A stretch of DNA of 64,000 nt from NCBI GenBank assembly GCA_965250285.1, contig OZ252299.1, positions 4,992,001 through 5,056,000 on the forward strand, in the 5' to 3' direction. The notes below the pieces were generated by a model, which saw only the letters and a list, made by a program, of their open reading frames with translations, had not been told where the DNA came from and did not search any database. Shown here piece after piece: positions 49,957-60,360 of the stretch; the stretch's first letter is position 1, and the number at the start of each line of letters is the position of its first letter. The DNA is from Myxococcota bacterium. GTDB lineage: Bacteria > Myxococcota_A > UBA9160 > UBA4427. The translations under genes were made by a program, and so were the position numbers.

Positions 49957-50032
49957 GGGCCCTTAGCTCAGTGGTCAGAGCAACCGGCTCATAACCGGAT
50001 GGTCCCTGGTTCAAGTCCAGGAGGGCCCACCA
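49957..50032 (+). tRNA. tRNA with CAT anticodon, most likely tRNA-Ile2 (lysidine-modified)
   Basis: 76-nt cloverleaf GGGCCCT...AGGGCCC-A-CCA, anticodon loop CTCATAA, T-loop TTCAAGT. Paired G1:C72 and no run of three G:C pairs in the anticodon stem argue against fMet. The body resembles ileX-type tRNAs. Confidence 0.93.
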
Positions 50033-50094
50033 TCTCGTCCTCGTCTGATCGTCCTCGTCTGAAGAGATCGGCTGTGAACCTCGGCGGCGAACGA

Positions 50095-50712
50095 ATGAAA
50101 GTGCGCTCGGGCCGGCACGCACCGGGGCGCTCCAGGGTCTTCTCCGGGCCAGGCGCGCGAGGGCGCTCTCGCCGTGCGCGACCGCGCCGCTGGCTCGCCG
50201 CGGCGCTGCTCTGCATGGCCGCGGGCGGGTCTGCTTGTGGGGGCAGCACGCCGACCGGCCCCCGCTTCACCCCCGAGCCGCCGCCGCAGGCGGGCCGCGC
50301 CCTCGTCTACGTCTACCGAATCGACCGCGTCGCGGGCGTCGGCGCGATCCGAGTGCGGGTGGACGGCGGCAAGACGATCGAGCTTCGAAATGGCGAGTAC
50401 GCGCCGCTCGTACTGCGGTCGGGCGGGCGCAAGCTCGAGCTGACCCTGCCGCTCTTCGGAAGAGTCTCCCGGGGATGGAACTCGTTCCCCTTCATGGCCG
50501 AGTCCGGCGCCACGCAGTTCCTGCGCGTCTGGGCAGGGATGGAAGAGGTCGACCGCGGGCCCGGGGGGCGACCGGACGACTTCGGCGCGCCCGGCCGCGC
50601 GAATCGCTATGCCAGCGTCAACGTGTTCGCTGCGGTCTGGGAGTCGCGCGAATCCGAGCGCGACATTCGCGATCTGCAGCGCGCGCCGGGCGTCCCCAAG
50701 CAGGCTCAATGA
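50095..50712 (+). CDS. Putative lipoprotein, DUF2846-like
   Basis: Lipobox-like GSAC, then PPP.AGRALVYVYR...VRVDG...LRNGEY. Confidence 0.65.
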   Translation: MKVRSGRHAPGRSRVFSGPGARGRSRRARPRRWLAAALLCMAAGGSACGGSTPTGPRFTPEPPPQAGRALVYVYRIDRVAGVGAIRVRVDGGKTIELRNGEYAPLVLRSGGRKLELTLPLFGRVSRGWNSFPFMAESGATQFLRVWAGMEEVDRGPGGRPDDFGAPGRANRYASVNVFAAVWESRESERDIRDLQRAPGVPKQAQ

Positions 50713-50820
50713 GCGCCGGCAGACGGGCTGCCGAGCGGTCCGGAACGGCCATCGCCCGACCCCGCTTCACCGCTGCAAACCGTTGATTCTGCTACGCTGG
50801 GCGCGATTGGGGCCCAGCGC

Positions 50821-51927
50821 ATGAAGAACGACAAGGACCGGTACTGGGACTGCCTCGATCAGGCCATGGAGGCCTCGCATGGGGGCCGCATCGACGAGGC
50901 GCTCGCGTGGCTCGACGAGGCGCTCAAGGCCCATCCTGCCGGCGCCGAGGCGCACAACGGTCGGGGCGAGATCTTGTGGGACGAGGGCCGCCTCGACGAG
51001 GCGCTCTACGAGTTCGGTCGAGCCACGACCGCCGATCCCAAGTTCAGCGCTGCCCACCTGAACCGCATCGAGCTGCTGGTCGAGGAGTTCGGCGAGTTCG
51101 AGACGGCGCTGCGCCACTGCGATGAGCTGCTGGCGGGCCGACCCGAGTTTCCGCGCCTCGATCGCTCGTTCCAGGCCGAGCTCTACTACCTCAAGAGCAA
51201 GGCGCTCTTCTTCCGCGACGACCTCGAGGGCGCGCTGTTTCTCGTGCGCCGCGCGATCAAGGCGATCGGCGATCAGCCGGCCTACGCCGCGTTCGAGGGG
51301 CACGTGCTGTTCGAGATGGGGCGCTTCGAGGAGGCGCGCAAGGTGCTCGAGCAGGCGGCGGCCATGGATCCTGAAGCCCCGCACATCCTCTACAGCCTGG
51401 CCCTCGTCCTCGACCGGATCGGTGCCGAAGAGGAGCCCGCACCAGGCGACGATCGACCTGCCGAGGACATCGAGGCCGAGCGCAAGGCGCTGGCCGAGTT
51501 CGGTCGCAGCGCCTTCGAGCGTGCCAACGCCCTCGAGCCAGGCCAGTACCCGATGCCCACGGAGGTCCCGCTCGAAGAGTTTCGCGCGGTCGTGGCCGAG
51601 GCGATCGACAACCTGCCGCGCTCTGTGCGCGAGTACATCGCCGACGTGCCGGTGCTCGTCGAGGACCACCCCGATCGTCACCTGGTCGAGGTCGAACGCG
51701 TCTCGCCCCAGATCCTGGGCATCTTCGTCGGCGTGCCGCGCACCGAGGCCCAGGTGACCGAGACCGTGCCGTCGCTCGACCGCGTCGTGATCTACAAGCG
51801 CAACCTCGAGCGCATCTGCCGTGATCGTGAAGAGCTCGTCGAGCAGATCCAGATCACCGTCCGGCACGAGATCGGTCACTATCTCGGCCTCGACGAGAAC
51901 GACATGGAGCGCCTCGGGCTGGCCTGA
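50821..51927 (+). CDS. TPR-repeat protein fused to a minimal zincin (Zincin_1/DUF1025) metallopeptidase
   Basis: Several TPR-like helical repeats. C-terminal ILGIFVGVP...VVIYKRNL...TVRHEIGHYLGL. Confidence 0.88.
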   Translation: MKNDKDRYWDCLDQAMEASHGGRIDEALAWLDEALKAHPAGAEAHNGRGEILWDEGRLDEALYEFGRATTADPKFSAAHLNRIELLVEEFGEFETALRHCDELLAGRPEFPRLDRSFQAELYYLKSKALFFRDDLEGALFLVRRAIKAIGDQPAYAAFEGHVLFEMGRFEEARKVLEQAAAMDPEAPHILYSLALVLDRIGAEEEPAPGDDRPAEDIEAERKALAEFGRSAFERANALEPGQYPMPTEVPLEEFRAVVAEAIDNLPRSVREYIADVPVLVEDHPDRHLVEVERVSPQILGIFVGVPRTEAQVTETVPSLDRVVIYKRNLERICRDREELVEQIQITVRHEIGHYLGLDENDMERLGLA

Positions 51928-51951
51928 CCCGGCGCCCAGCCGAAGTTCCCG

Positions 51952-53478
51952 ATGGCGACCGCACACGAACCGACACCGAGCCCGACGACCGGCACAAGCG
52001 ATGCCGCCACGCGATCACCGCTGGCCGACGCCTTCGTGCGACGGCTCGCCGACGTCGTCGGCCGCGATCAATGCCTCACGACCGACGAGGAGCTCTTCGT
52101 ATACGAGTGCGACGGGCTGACGCTCGACACGGTGCGGCCCGATGTGGTCGTGCTGCCCGCTTCGACCGAAGAGGTGGCGGCCGTCGTCGAGCTCTGCGCC
52201 GAGGCCGCTGTGCCCGTCGTGGCCCGCGGTGCGGGGACGGGGCTCTCGGGTGGTGCGCACCCCGTGCCCGGCGGCATCGTCATCTCACTGGCGCGCATGA
52301 AGGCGATCCTCGAGGTCGACGTCGAGAATCGTCTGGCCGTCGTGCAGCCGGGGCTCGTGAACGCCGACCTCTCGAAGGCCGTGGCCGCGCACGGTCTCTT
52401 CTATGCCCCCGATCCATCGAGTCAGCTCGCCTGTACGATCGGCGGCAACGTCGCCGAGAACTCGGGTGGGCCGCACACTCTGAAGTACGGCACGACCACC
52501 GATCACGTGCGCGCCCTCGAGCTGGTGCGTCCCGACGGCCGAGTCGTGCGCGTCGGCTCGAAGGTCGGGCCCGGGCTCGGGATCGACCTCGTCGGCGCGA
52601 TCGTCGGCAGCGAGGGAACGCTCGGCATCGTGACCGAAGTGACGGTCGAGCTGACGCCCGTGCCCGAGGCGATCGAGACGCTGCTCGCGATCTTTCCCGA
52701 CATCGTCAGCGCGTGTCGATGTGTCGGCGCCGTGACGCTCTCGGGTCTCGTGCCGGCGGCGCTCGAGATCCTCGACCGGCGCACGATCGAGGCCGTCGAA
52801 GCGAGCGTCTACAAGGCCGGCCTGCCCCAGGATGCCGGTGCGGTGCTCATCATCGAGCTCGACGGCGCCGAGTGCGAGCTCGCCGAACAGGTCGAGCTCA
52901 TCGGCCAACTCGCCCGCGACGCGGGCGCCCACGACTTCGAGCGCGCGCGCGACGAGGCCGAACGCCTGCAGTTCTGGAAGGCGCGCAAGGGCGCATTCGG
53001 GGCCATGGGTCGACTCGCCCCCGATCTCTATGTGCACGACGCGGTGGTTCCGAGGTCGAAGCTGCCCGAGGTGCTCGAGCGGGTGTGCGAGATCGGCGAT
53101 CGGTATCGGCTCAAGCTCTCGAACGTGTTCCACGCCGGCGACGGCAACCTGCATCCCAACATCAGCTTCGACCGCCGCGACGCCGACGAGCTCGCGCGCG
53201 TGATCGCGGCCGGCGAAGAGATCCTGCAGCTCTGCGTCGACATGGGGGGCGTCATCACGGGCGAGCATGGCGTCGGCGTCGAGAAGCGCGAGTACATGAA
53301 GCTCGTCTTCGACGACGACGACCTGGCCGCGATGCTGCGGCTGCGAGACGGCCTCGACCCGGAGCGCCGCTTCAACCCGGGCAAGCTGATCCCGACGACG
53401 CGCTTCTGCGCCGAGGCGAATCCGCACGCGCGCGGCTACGACCGGGTCGATTTCGACGAAGAGGCGGTGGACGGGTGA
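51952..53478 (+). CDS. glcD: Glycolate oxidase FAD-binding subunit
   Basis: ARGAGTGLSGG, PDPSSQ..CTIGGNVAENSGGPH..KYG, GSEGTLG, HAGDGNLHP, GEHGVG. Confidence 0.92.
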   Translation: MATAHEPTPSPTTGTSDAATRSPLADAFVRRLADVVGRDQCLTTDEELFVYECDGLTLDTVRPDVVVLPASTEEVAAVVELCAEAAVPVVARGAGTGLSGGAHPVPGGIVISLARMKAILEVDVENRLAVVQPGLVNADLSKAVAAHGLFYAPDPSSQLACTIGGNVAENSGGPHTLKYGTTTDHVRALELVRPDGRVVRVGSKVGPGLGIDLVGAIVGSEGTLGIVTEVTVELTPVPEAIETLLAIFPDIVSACRCVGAVTLSGLVPAALEILDRRTIEAVEASVYKAGLPQDAGAVLIIELDGAECELAEQVELIGQLARDAGAHDFERARDEAERLQFWKARKGAFGAMGRLAPDLYVHDAVVPRSKLPEVLERVCEIGDRYRLKLSNVFHAGDGNLHPNISFDRRDADELARVIAAGEEILQLCVDMGGVITGEHGVGVEKREYMKLVFDDDDLAAMLRLRDGLDPERRFNPGKLIPTTRFCAEANPHARGYDRVDFDEEAVDG

Positions 53479-54761
53479 GCGCCGGGGCGGCGGGCGAATC
53501 GGGCGTCGACCTCGGAGCACTGCTTCGGGGCGCCGTCGGCGACGCGTACGTCTTCGCGCTCGACCCCCCGGTCGAGCGCGGCGGTGCGCACCTCGAGTGG
53601 CAGGCCGAACCGCCCGACGTCGAGGCGCTTGCACGCCTGCTCGCGGCCCTCGACGCGACGGGCATCGGCGCGCTCGTGGTGGGCGGCGGCACGCGCGTCG
53701 ACGACGGTGCGCCGTGCCCGGATGCCCGGGTGATGCTCTCGACGCGCGGGCTCGCCGGTGTGCTGCAGTTCGAAGAAGAAGAGGGTGTCATCGAAGTGGG
53801 GGCGGGGACGTCGCTGCTCGACGTGCTCGACCACCTGCACGGCACGATGTGGGAGTTGCCGCTCGATGCGCCCGGCGAATCTGCCACGGTCGGCGGCGTG
53901 CTCGCGACCGGCGTCGAAGGGCCGCGACGGGTCGCATACGGTCGGGTGCGCCGTCAGGTGCTGGGTCTCGAGGTCGTGCTCGCCGACGGCACGCGCGCGC
54001 GCTGCGGCGGTCGCGTCGTCAAGAACGTGACGGGCTACGACCTGGCGAAGCTGCACATCGGTGCCCAGGGGACGCTCGGCGTGATCGCATCGGCGTGGCT
54101 GAGGCTGCGGCCGCGGCCGGCTGCCACGTGCACCCTGGCGGCGCGCTTCGATGACCTCGCGCCGGCGTGTGAAGCGGCTCGGCGGGCCGCGCGGCTGCCT
54201 TCCGCCCGGATGGCCACGCTGCTCTCGGGCGATCTCGTCGAGCGCGTCTCGGGTCTCGTCGATCGGAGCGGCGCGTGGGTCCTCGCGATCGAGCTCGCCG
54301 GGAGTGAGGCGTTGTGTGCGCGCGACGCCGCGACCCTTCAGGCCGAAGCCGGCGCTGCCGAGCGCCCCTTCTCGGTCGATGCGGTCGGGGCGGCTTCGCT
54401 CGTACACGGTGGCGAGGTCGTCCATGCCCGCGCCGCGGTGCTGCCGACGCACCTCGAGGCGGCGATCGCCGGGTTCCGCCAGGAGGGGCTCTCGGTGGCG
54501 GCACATCCGGTGCCGGGCGTAGTCGAGCTGGCGCTGCCAGGCGCGCGCAGTGACGAAGCCGCGCACGTGCTCTCGCGCCTCGACGGGGTCGGTCGGAGCT
54601 TCGGTGGGCCGATCGTGTTTCAGCGTCGGGGCAAGGCGTGGCAGGCGCCCGAGTCGGTCGACGACACGACGCGCGCCGAGGCCGAACTCTGGGCGGCGCT
54701 CGAGGCCTCGTTCGATGCGCACGGCATCTTGAATGCGGGTCGCATGGCGGGGGGCGCCTGA
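53475..54761 (+). CDS. glcE: Glycolate oxidase subunit GlcE
   Basis: GGGT, ATVGGVLATG, GGRVVKNVTGYDL.KL..G..GTLG, FD..GILN.GR. GTGA overlap with glcD. Confidence 0.88.
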   Translation: MSAGAAGESGVDLGALLRGAVGDAYVFALDPPVERGGAHLEWQAEPPDVEALARLLAALDATGIGALVVGGGTRVDDGAPCPDARVMLSTRGLAGVLQFEEEEGVIEVGAGTSLLDVLDHLHGTMWELPLDAPGESATVGGVLATGVEGPRRVAYGRVRRQVLGLEVVLADGTRARCGGRVVKNVTGYDLAKLHIGAQGTLGVIASAWLRLRPRPAATCTLAARFDDLAPACEAARRAARLPSARMATLLSGDLVERVSGLVDRSGAWVLAIELAGSEALCARDAATLQAEAGAAERPFSVDAVGAASLVHGGEVVHARAAVLPTHLEAAIAGFRQEGLSVAAHPVPGVVELALPGARSDEAAHVLSRLDGVGRSFGGPIVFQRRGKAWQAPESVDDTTRAEAELWAALEASFDAHGILNAGRMAGGA

Positions 54762-56051
54762 GTGTCCTCGCCCCAGGTGAAGCTCGCCGACTTGCTCGAC
54801 GAGAGCGTCTATGGTGGCAGCCTCGACTGCGTGCATTGCGGCCTCTGCCTCAACGTGTGCCCCACCTACCGGCTGACCGGGCGCGAGAACTCGTCGCCGC
54901 GCGGGCGGATCTATCTGATGCGCGGCATCGCCGAAGGCCGGGTCGACGCGGGGCCGACCGTCGCCGAAGAGCTTCACTTCTGCCTCGGGTGCCGTTCGTG
55001 TGAAACCGCATGCCCGTCGGGCGTCGAGTACGGCGCCATGCTCGAACACGCGCGGTCGGCGCTGGTCGAGTCGCGGGCGAGGCGCGGGATCGCTCCGGCC
55101 CTCGAGCGTTGGTGGCTCGCGCGGGTGGTCGCCCGCCCGGCCGTGCGGCGCGCGTTCTTCACGATGCTCCGTCTCGTGCAGGTGCTGAGGCTCGACCGCC
55201 TCGCGATGCCGCTGCTGCCACGCGGCCTCGCGGTGGCCGCTGAATCTGCTCCGCGCGTCCCGGCCGCGCGCTCACGCGTGCCCCTGCCCGAGCGCACGCC
55301 GGCAATGGGAGCGAAACGCGGCACGGTCGTGATGCTCGAAGGCTGCGTCATGCGTGAGATCTTCGGCGACGTGAATCGCGCAACCGTCGACGTACTCGCG
55401 CGCGAAGGCTTCGAGGTGATCGTCCCCGCCGCCCAGGGTTGCTGCGGCGCACTGCACGCGCACGCCGGCGATCTGCCTCGGGCTCGCGCGCTTTCGCGCA
55501 CGAATCTCGCCGCCTGGCGCGATCTCGGCGCCGACTACGTCGTGATGAACTCGGCCGGGTGCGGCGCCGCGGTCCGCGACCTCGAGCACTGGGTCGCCGA
55601 GGGCGAGCTCGAAGCGAGCGAAGTCGAGGCGATGCCGCCCGTACGCGACGTCTGCGAGCTGCTCGACGAGGTCGGTCTCCGGAGCGAGCTCGGTCCGGTC
55701 GAAGCGCGAGTCTGCTACGACGACCCCTGCCACCTCGTGCACGGCCAGGGCGTCGCCGATGCGCCGCGGAGGGTCCTCGAGTCGATCCCGGGCCTCGAGC
55801 TGGTGCCCCACGACGATCCGACGGCCTGCTGCGGCGCGGCCGGGACCTACGGCATCACCCATCGCGATGCGAGCCAGCAGGTGCTCGCGCCGAAGCTCGA
55901 TGCGCTCGAGCGCGCCGAGCCCGACATCGTCGCTTCGGGCAACCCCGGGTGCATGATGCAGATCGAGGCAGGGCTGCGCGCGCGCGGGCGCGCGACCGAC
56001 GTGGTCCATCCCGTCGAGCTGATCGAGAGGGCGACTCGAGGCGCTCGATGA
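54762..56051 (+). CDS. glcF: Glycolate oxidase iron-sulfur subunit
   Basis: CVHCGLCLNVCP and CLGCRSCETACP ferredoxin motifs, plus two CCG domains. Confidence 0.92.
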   Translation: MSSPQVKLADLLDESVYGGSLDCVHCGLCLNVCPTYRLTGRENSSPRGRIYLMRGIAEGRVDAGPTVAEELHFCLGCRSCETACPSGVEYGAMLEHARSALVESRARRGIAPALERWWLARVVARPAVRRAFFTMLRLVQVLRLDRLAMPLLPRGLAVAAESAPRVPAARSRVPLPERTPAMGAKRGTVVMLEGCVMREIFGDVNRATVDVLAREGFEVIVPAAQGCCGALHAHAGDLPRARALSRTNLAAWRDLGADYVVMNSAGCGAAVRDLEHWVAEGELEASEVEAMPPVRDVCELLDEVGLRSELGPVEARVCYDDPCHLVHGQGVADAPRRVLESIPGLELVPHDDPTACCGAAGTYGITHRDASQQVLAPKLDALERAEPDIVASGNPGCMMQIEAGLRARGRATDVVHPVELIERATRGAR

Positions 56052-58051
56052 GCGAGCCGCGTTCGGGGACCACCTCTGGGCGCATCCCCTATGTGCCGGC
56101 CCTCGACGGGCTGCGCGCGATCTGCGTGGTCGGCGTGCTCTGCTTCCACGCGGGCTTCGACTGGGCGCGCGGCGGGTACCTCGGCGTATCGACTTTCTTC
56201 ACCCTCTCGGGCTACCTCGTGACGTCGATTCTGTTCGCGGGTCTCGACGCGCAGCGCGCGGCCGGCGTCGTGAAACCCGGCGTGGGGTTCATCGACTTCT
56301 ACGCGCGTCGCGCGCGGCGATTGGTGCCGGCATCGCTGCTCACATTGCTCGCCGTGATGGCGATCGCCCCGTTCTGGCTCCTGCCCGAAGCGCGCGTACG
56401 GCTCGGGGCCGACGTGCTCGCGAGTCTCTTCTACTTCGTCAACTGGCGCTTCATCTTCGGTGACTACGCCTACGCACTGCTCTTCACCAGTCCGTCGATG
56501 CTGCAGCACTACTGGTCGCTCGCGATCGAGGCCCAGCTCTACGTCGTCCTGCCGTTCATCGTCGCGGTGGCCGCGCGCAGTCGGGCGCCCCGTCGCGTCT
56601 TCGGCCTGATCGTCGGGGTGCTCATCGTCGCCGGTACGTGGCTCTGCGTCGTGCTCGGAGCAGACGCCAGCGGGCTCGATCGCGTCTACTACGGCACGGA
56701 TACGCGCGCCCCCGAGCTCCTGATCGGTGCGCTGTTGGCCGTTTCGTTGCCTGCGCGGTCGAACGTCGATGCCTCGACGCATCGCCGGGGTCTCGATCTG
56801 CTCTTCTGGCTCGTCCTCATCGGGATCGGCGTCGCCTTTGCTCGCGTGCCGCTCGAGAGCGAGGCGCTCTACCGAGGCGGCTTCACGCTGTTCGCGGCGT
56901 CGTCGGCGATCCTCATCGTGGGTTGCGTACGCGGCTTCTCGGTTTCGCGCCTGCTCGCCGCGCGGCCGCTCGTCTGGCTCGGCGAGATTTCCTACGGCAT
57001 CTATCTCTTCCATTGGCCCGTTTACCTCGGCGTCGAGGCCTGGCTCGGCGATCCGTCGCCGTGGGTCGTGCTCGGTCTGGGCGGTGGCATCACCGTGGTG
57101 CTCGCGGCGGTGTCCTACGTTTTCATCGAGACGCCGATTCGCAGCGGCCGAGGCCCGCTCGGGCGTCGCCGGGTCACGGTGCTCGCGATCGGTGGTGCTG
57201 CGTTGGTCGGGCTCATGACGGCGACGCTGCCGATGGGCGCCGTGCTGCGCGATCTCAGACCCGGCGAGGGTCCGGCGCAGTGGACGGGAGACGATCGAGA
57301 CCCACCTCGCCTCGCCGTATTCGGCGACTCGGTGGCGCTCACGTTCTCGAAGGCGCTCAATCACTGGCTGGGCCAGCGGGGTCAGGTGCGCTGGGTACTG
57401 GGCCTGGCGCCTCCGGGCTGCGGCCTGCTGATGCCCGACTTCATCCGTGAGGTGGTCGAGCGCGGAGGCAACGGAGGCCGGTGGACGCGGGCGCGCAGGG
57501 ACGGCTTCGGAACCCGGCGTGTATGTCTCGAGGTGCCGGAGACGATCGACGAGCGGCTGCGAAGTCAGCAGCCCGACCTGGCGGTATCGGTTGCGAGCAT
57601 GTGGGATCTCATCGGTCTGCCGGTGTCGAGAATGGGGGGGCCGGCCCGGGTCGGGACCCCCGAGATCGATGCGCGGCTCAGTCGATTGATGGACGAGCGG
57701 GTGGCGCTCCTCTCGAGCCAGGACGCCGATGTCGTCTGGTTCACGATGCCGCCCTTTCAAAGGAACGACGATCATCCGATGTCGCAGGCCGAGATCGATC
57801 GCGCGCGTGAGCGCTACAACGAGCTGGTGTGGGAGATGGCCGAGCGGCACGCCGGTCGGGTCCAGGTGCTCGACTTCGCCGCGGTCTTCGAAGCATGGCC
57901 GGGCGGCGCGGACGACCCGGCGCTGCGCGAGGACGGCATCCACTTCACGAGCGAAGGAGGTCTCATGCTGCTCGACCGGGGGCTCGGTGAGCAGCTCGAG
58001 CGCATGGCGCGCGAGGCCCAGCGACGACGCGATTCGGTGGAGCGCCCTTAG
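56048..58051 (+). CDS. Acyltransferase-3 + SGNH hydrolase O-acetyltransferase (OatA/OafA-like)
   Basis: LDGLRA, FFTLSGYL, HYWSLAIE.Q.Y, SYGIYLFHWP, and SGNH motifs GDS and DGIH. Confidence 0.92.
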   Translation: MSEPRSGTTSGRIPYVPALDGLRAICVVGVLCFHAGFDWARGGYLGVSTFFTLSGYLVTSILFAGLDAQRAAGVVKPGVGFIDFYARRARRLVPASLLTLLAVMAIAPFWLLPEARVRLGADVLASLFYFVNWRFIFGDYAYALLFTSPSMLQHYWSLAIEAQLYVVLPFIVAVAARSRAPRRVFGLIVGVLIVAGTWLCVVLGADASGLDRVYYGTDTRAPELLIGALLAVSLPARSNVDASTHRRGLDLLFWLVLIGIGVAFARVPLESEALYRGGFTLFAASSAILIVGCVRGFSVSRLLAARPLVWLGEISYGIYLFHWPVYLGVEAWLGDPSPWVVLGLGGGITVVLAAVSYVFIETPIRSGRGPLGRRRVTVLAIGGAALVGLMTATLPMGAVLRDLRPGEGPAQWTGDDRDPPRLAVFGDSVALTFSKALNHWLGQRGQVRWVLGLAPPGCGLLMPDFIREVVERGGNGGRWTRARRDGFGTRRVCLEVPETIDERLRSQQPDLAVSVASMWDLIGLPVSRMGGPARVGTPEIDARLSRLMDERVALLSSQDADVVWFTMPPFQRNDDHPMSQAEIDRARERYNELVWEMAERHAGRVQVLDFAAVFEAWPGGADDPALREDGIHFTSEGGLMLLDRGLGEQLERMAREAQRRRDSVERP

Positions 58052-58086
58052 CCCTTGGTGCGTAGACCGGGCGCCGCGACGCGCGG

Positions 58087-60360
58087 CTACTCGTACATGA
58101 ACGCGTCGGGGGTCTTCTTCGGCGCGCGCCAGCGCGGGAACGCGTTGAGGGACAGATCCGTGAAGCTGCCCTGGAAGACGAGGTCGACGGGCAGCATCGA
58201 TTCGCGACCGCGCACCATCCCGTAGCGCTCGCGCATGCTGCGATACACGTAGGTCGAGTGCGCCGTAGGCCGGTGGTCGGGATCGTCGACGAGGCCGAGA
58301 GCCGCGCGCTCCATGTACTGATCGCGATCTCCGTCCGAGCCCAGCTCTTCATCGGGGTCGATCAGCTGGTTCTGCCGCGCCGTCGTGTCGAGCAGCGCCG
58401 CGGTGCGGCCGATGCGGCGCTCCGAGACTGTGCGGTAGATGTGCTTCGGCGCCGCGTCCTCGTCGCCCGTCTCGTCGATGAGCGCGATCTTGATCTTGCG
58501 GCCGCCGAGGAACGTCACGCCATCGGGGTGCAGCTCGCCGTCTTCGACGCGGTCGTTGAGCAGTGCAGGCCGAAGCCCGAGCCCGCCTTCACCCGCCACG
58601 CGCGGGTTCTCTTCGAAGAAACTCTTGGTGATGCGGATGTTCTGCGCGGTGTGCGCCATCGCCTGCTTTCGAGCGAGCACCCCGGCTTCGCTGCCGGCCT
58701 CGGTGTCGGGGAACTGACGAGCGACCTCACGCAGCATGCGCTGCTGCTCGTCGGGGCGTCGGACGCGGGTGGCGCCCGCGAGTGCCTGCTCGCTGGCATC
58801 CCTCAGCAGCTTGGCGCGGCGCTCGGGGTCGAAGTGCGTGATGAAGTCGGCGTTGCGCAGCGCGGCGACCGCGTTGCCGCGACCGTCCTCGTACTCGACG
58901 AGCCACTCGAGCACTTCGCGCTGGTGCTCGCCGTCGGGCTCCAGGGCGAGATACCGATAGGCGGCGACGGCCGTGGGCTGATCGAAGTCGGGGTGATCGT
59001 TCCACGCGCCGAAGATCAGACGCATCGGCGTGGTCACCACCGTCTGTGCCACGCCGGGGCTCTCGACGAGGTAGGCCACCGGCTTCGGCAGGTTCGGGTA
59101 GCGCGTCCCCTTCGTCCACTCGGCGAACACCCGGTAGCGGACCAGTGCCCAGCTCTGTCTCCGCTTCAGGCGCTTGAACGCGAGGTAGGGATCTTCGCGG
59201 TGGTTCTCGACGATCGCCGCGGCGTGCCGCGACATCGGGTCGACCGAAGGGTCACGCCGCGCGATGTCGTCGAGGCGATCGCGGCCCGCGTCCTCGTAGC
59301 CGCTCTCGATGCGCGCGACGGCCTCGGCGAACTCGAGCTCGGACGCCAGGGGACCGTCGCGGTCGATGCCGAGCGCGCGCAGGTCGCGCACGCGCAGCGG
59401 TCGTCCGCTCGCGGCGAGCAGGGCCGTCGAGAGGCGCGCTGCATCTTCCGAGGCCATGCTGCCGTCGTCGTGGGGATGAGCCTCGAGGCTCGCCGCGTGC
59501 GAGGCCCGCTGGGCGTCGATGCGGTCGCCTGCGTCGGCAACGATCTGGTCGGCCTTGTCGCTCTCGCCGTGCAGCAGCGCCCGCTGAGCCGAAACCTTTG
59601 CCGCGCGGTACAGGCCGGCCTCGTACTGTCGGCTGGCGCTTCGCAGCCGGCGCCGGCGCATCGTGGCGTCGAGCTTCTTCTCGGCACTCTCGATCTGATC
59701 GCGGATCTCGTCGGCGTCCTCGGCGTCGGGATGGTGCGCGAGGTACTCGCGGTGCAGCACGAGCGCCTGTCTGTGCGTCTGCGAGATCGGCTCGTCGTTC
59801 GAGAAGCTCGCGAGGTAGTGGGCGCTGCTCGTCGCGATCGTGAACGGGGCCGTCACCGCGCCGGTCATCAGCGCACGACCCAGGGGCTCGGAGAGCGCGT
59901 TGAACGTCCGCGCCCAGTAGTTTTCCCACGTGTCGAGGCGTCGGCGCTTCGCGAGACGCAGCGAGTCGTTCTTGACGTGTGAATCCAGGCGCGCCTTCAG
60001 CGCATGGTCGACGCCCGGCGCGCCTTTGAGATCCGTCGCGGCCTTGCGGTATGCGATCGGGTCGTCGAGGGTGGCGTTGACCAGATCCTGGCCGAGCGCC
60101 GGCAGGCCCTCGGTCTGGTGGCTGTCTTCGGCGGTCTGCAGCTCGGCCAGCGCCGCGTTCATCGCGGCGTCGTTGCCGGCGAGGGCCGCCTCGGCCAGCC
60201 GGGCCGCCGCCAGATCGGAGGGCTCCGGGCCCCAGCGCGTGGGGCTCGTGAGCGGCACGAGCACGTCGTCGCCGACGGGCCGGGCGCGCGTCTTGCAGCC
60301 CGCGGCGGCTACGACGGTGAGCGCGGCGATCAAGCCCAGATGAAGCCAGCGCATGCTCAT
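58087..60360 (-). CDS. Large hypothetical helical lipoprotein
   Basis: 757-aa ORF with lipobox AAGC. ATGA overlap with the upstream gene. Confidence 0.78.
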   Translation of the reverse strand: MSMRWLHLGLIAALTVVAAAGCKTRARPVGDDVLVPLTSPTRWGPEPSDLAAARLAEAALAGNDAAMNAALAELQTAEDSHQTEGLPALGQDLVNATLDDPIAYRKAATDLKGAPGVDHALKARLDSHVKNDSLRLAKRRRLDTWENYWARTFNALSEPLGRALMTGAVTAPFTIATSSAHYLASFSNDEPISQTHRQALVLHREYLAHHPDAEDADEIRDQIESAEKKLDATMRRRRLRSASRQYEAGLYRAAKVSAQRALLHGESDKADQIVADAGDRIDAQRASHAASLEAHPHDDGSMASEDAARLSTALLAASGRPLRVRDLRALGIDRDGPLASELEFAEAVARIESGYEDAGRDRLDDIARRDPSVDPMSRHAAAIVENHREDPYLAFKRLKRRQSWALVRYRVFAEWTKGTRYPNLPKPVAYLVESPGVAQTVVTTPMRLIFGAWNDHPDFDQPTAVAAYRYLALEPDGEHQREVLEWLVEYEDGRGNAVAALRNADFITHFDPERRAKLLRDASEQALAGATRVRRPDEQQRMLREVARQFPDTEAGSEAGVLARKQAMAHTAQNIRITKSFFEENPRVAGEGGLGLRPALLNDRVEDGELHPDGVTFLGGRKIKIALIDETGDEDAAPKHIYRTVSERRIGRTAALLDTTARQNQLIDPDEELGSDGDRDQYMERAALGLVDDPDHRPTAHSTYVYRSMRERYGMVRGRESMLPVDLVFQGSFTDLSLNAFPRWRAPKKTPDAFMYE

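Noticed and set aside
49957..50032. tRNA as an integration site for a prophage or genomic island
   Set aside because: No integrase and no duplicated tRNA 3' end were seen in the window.
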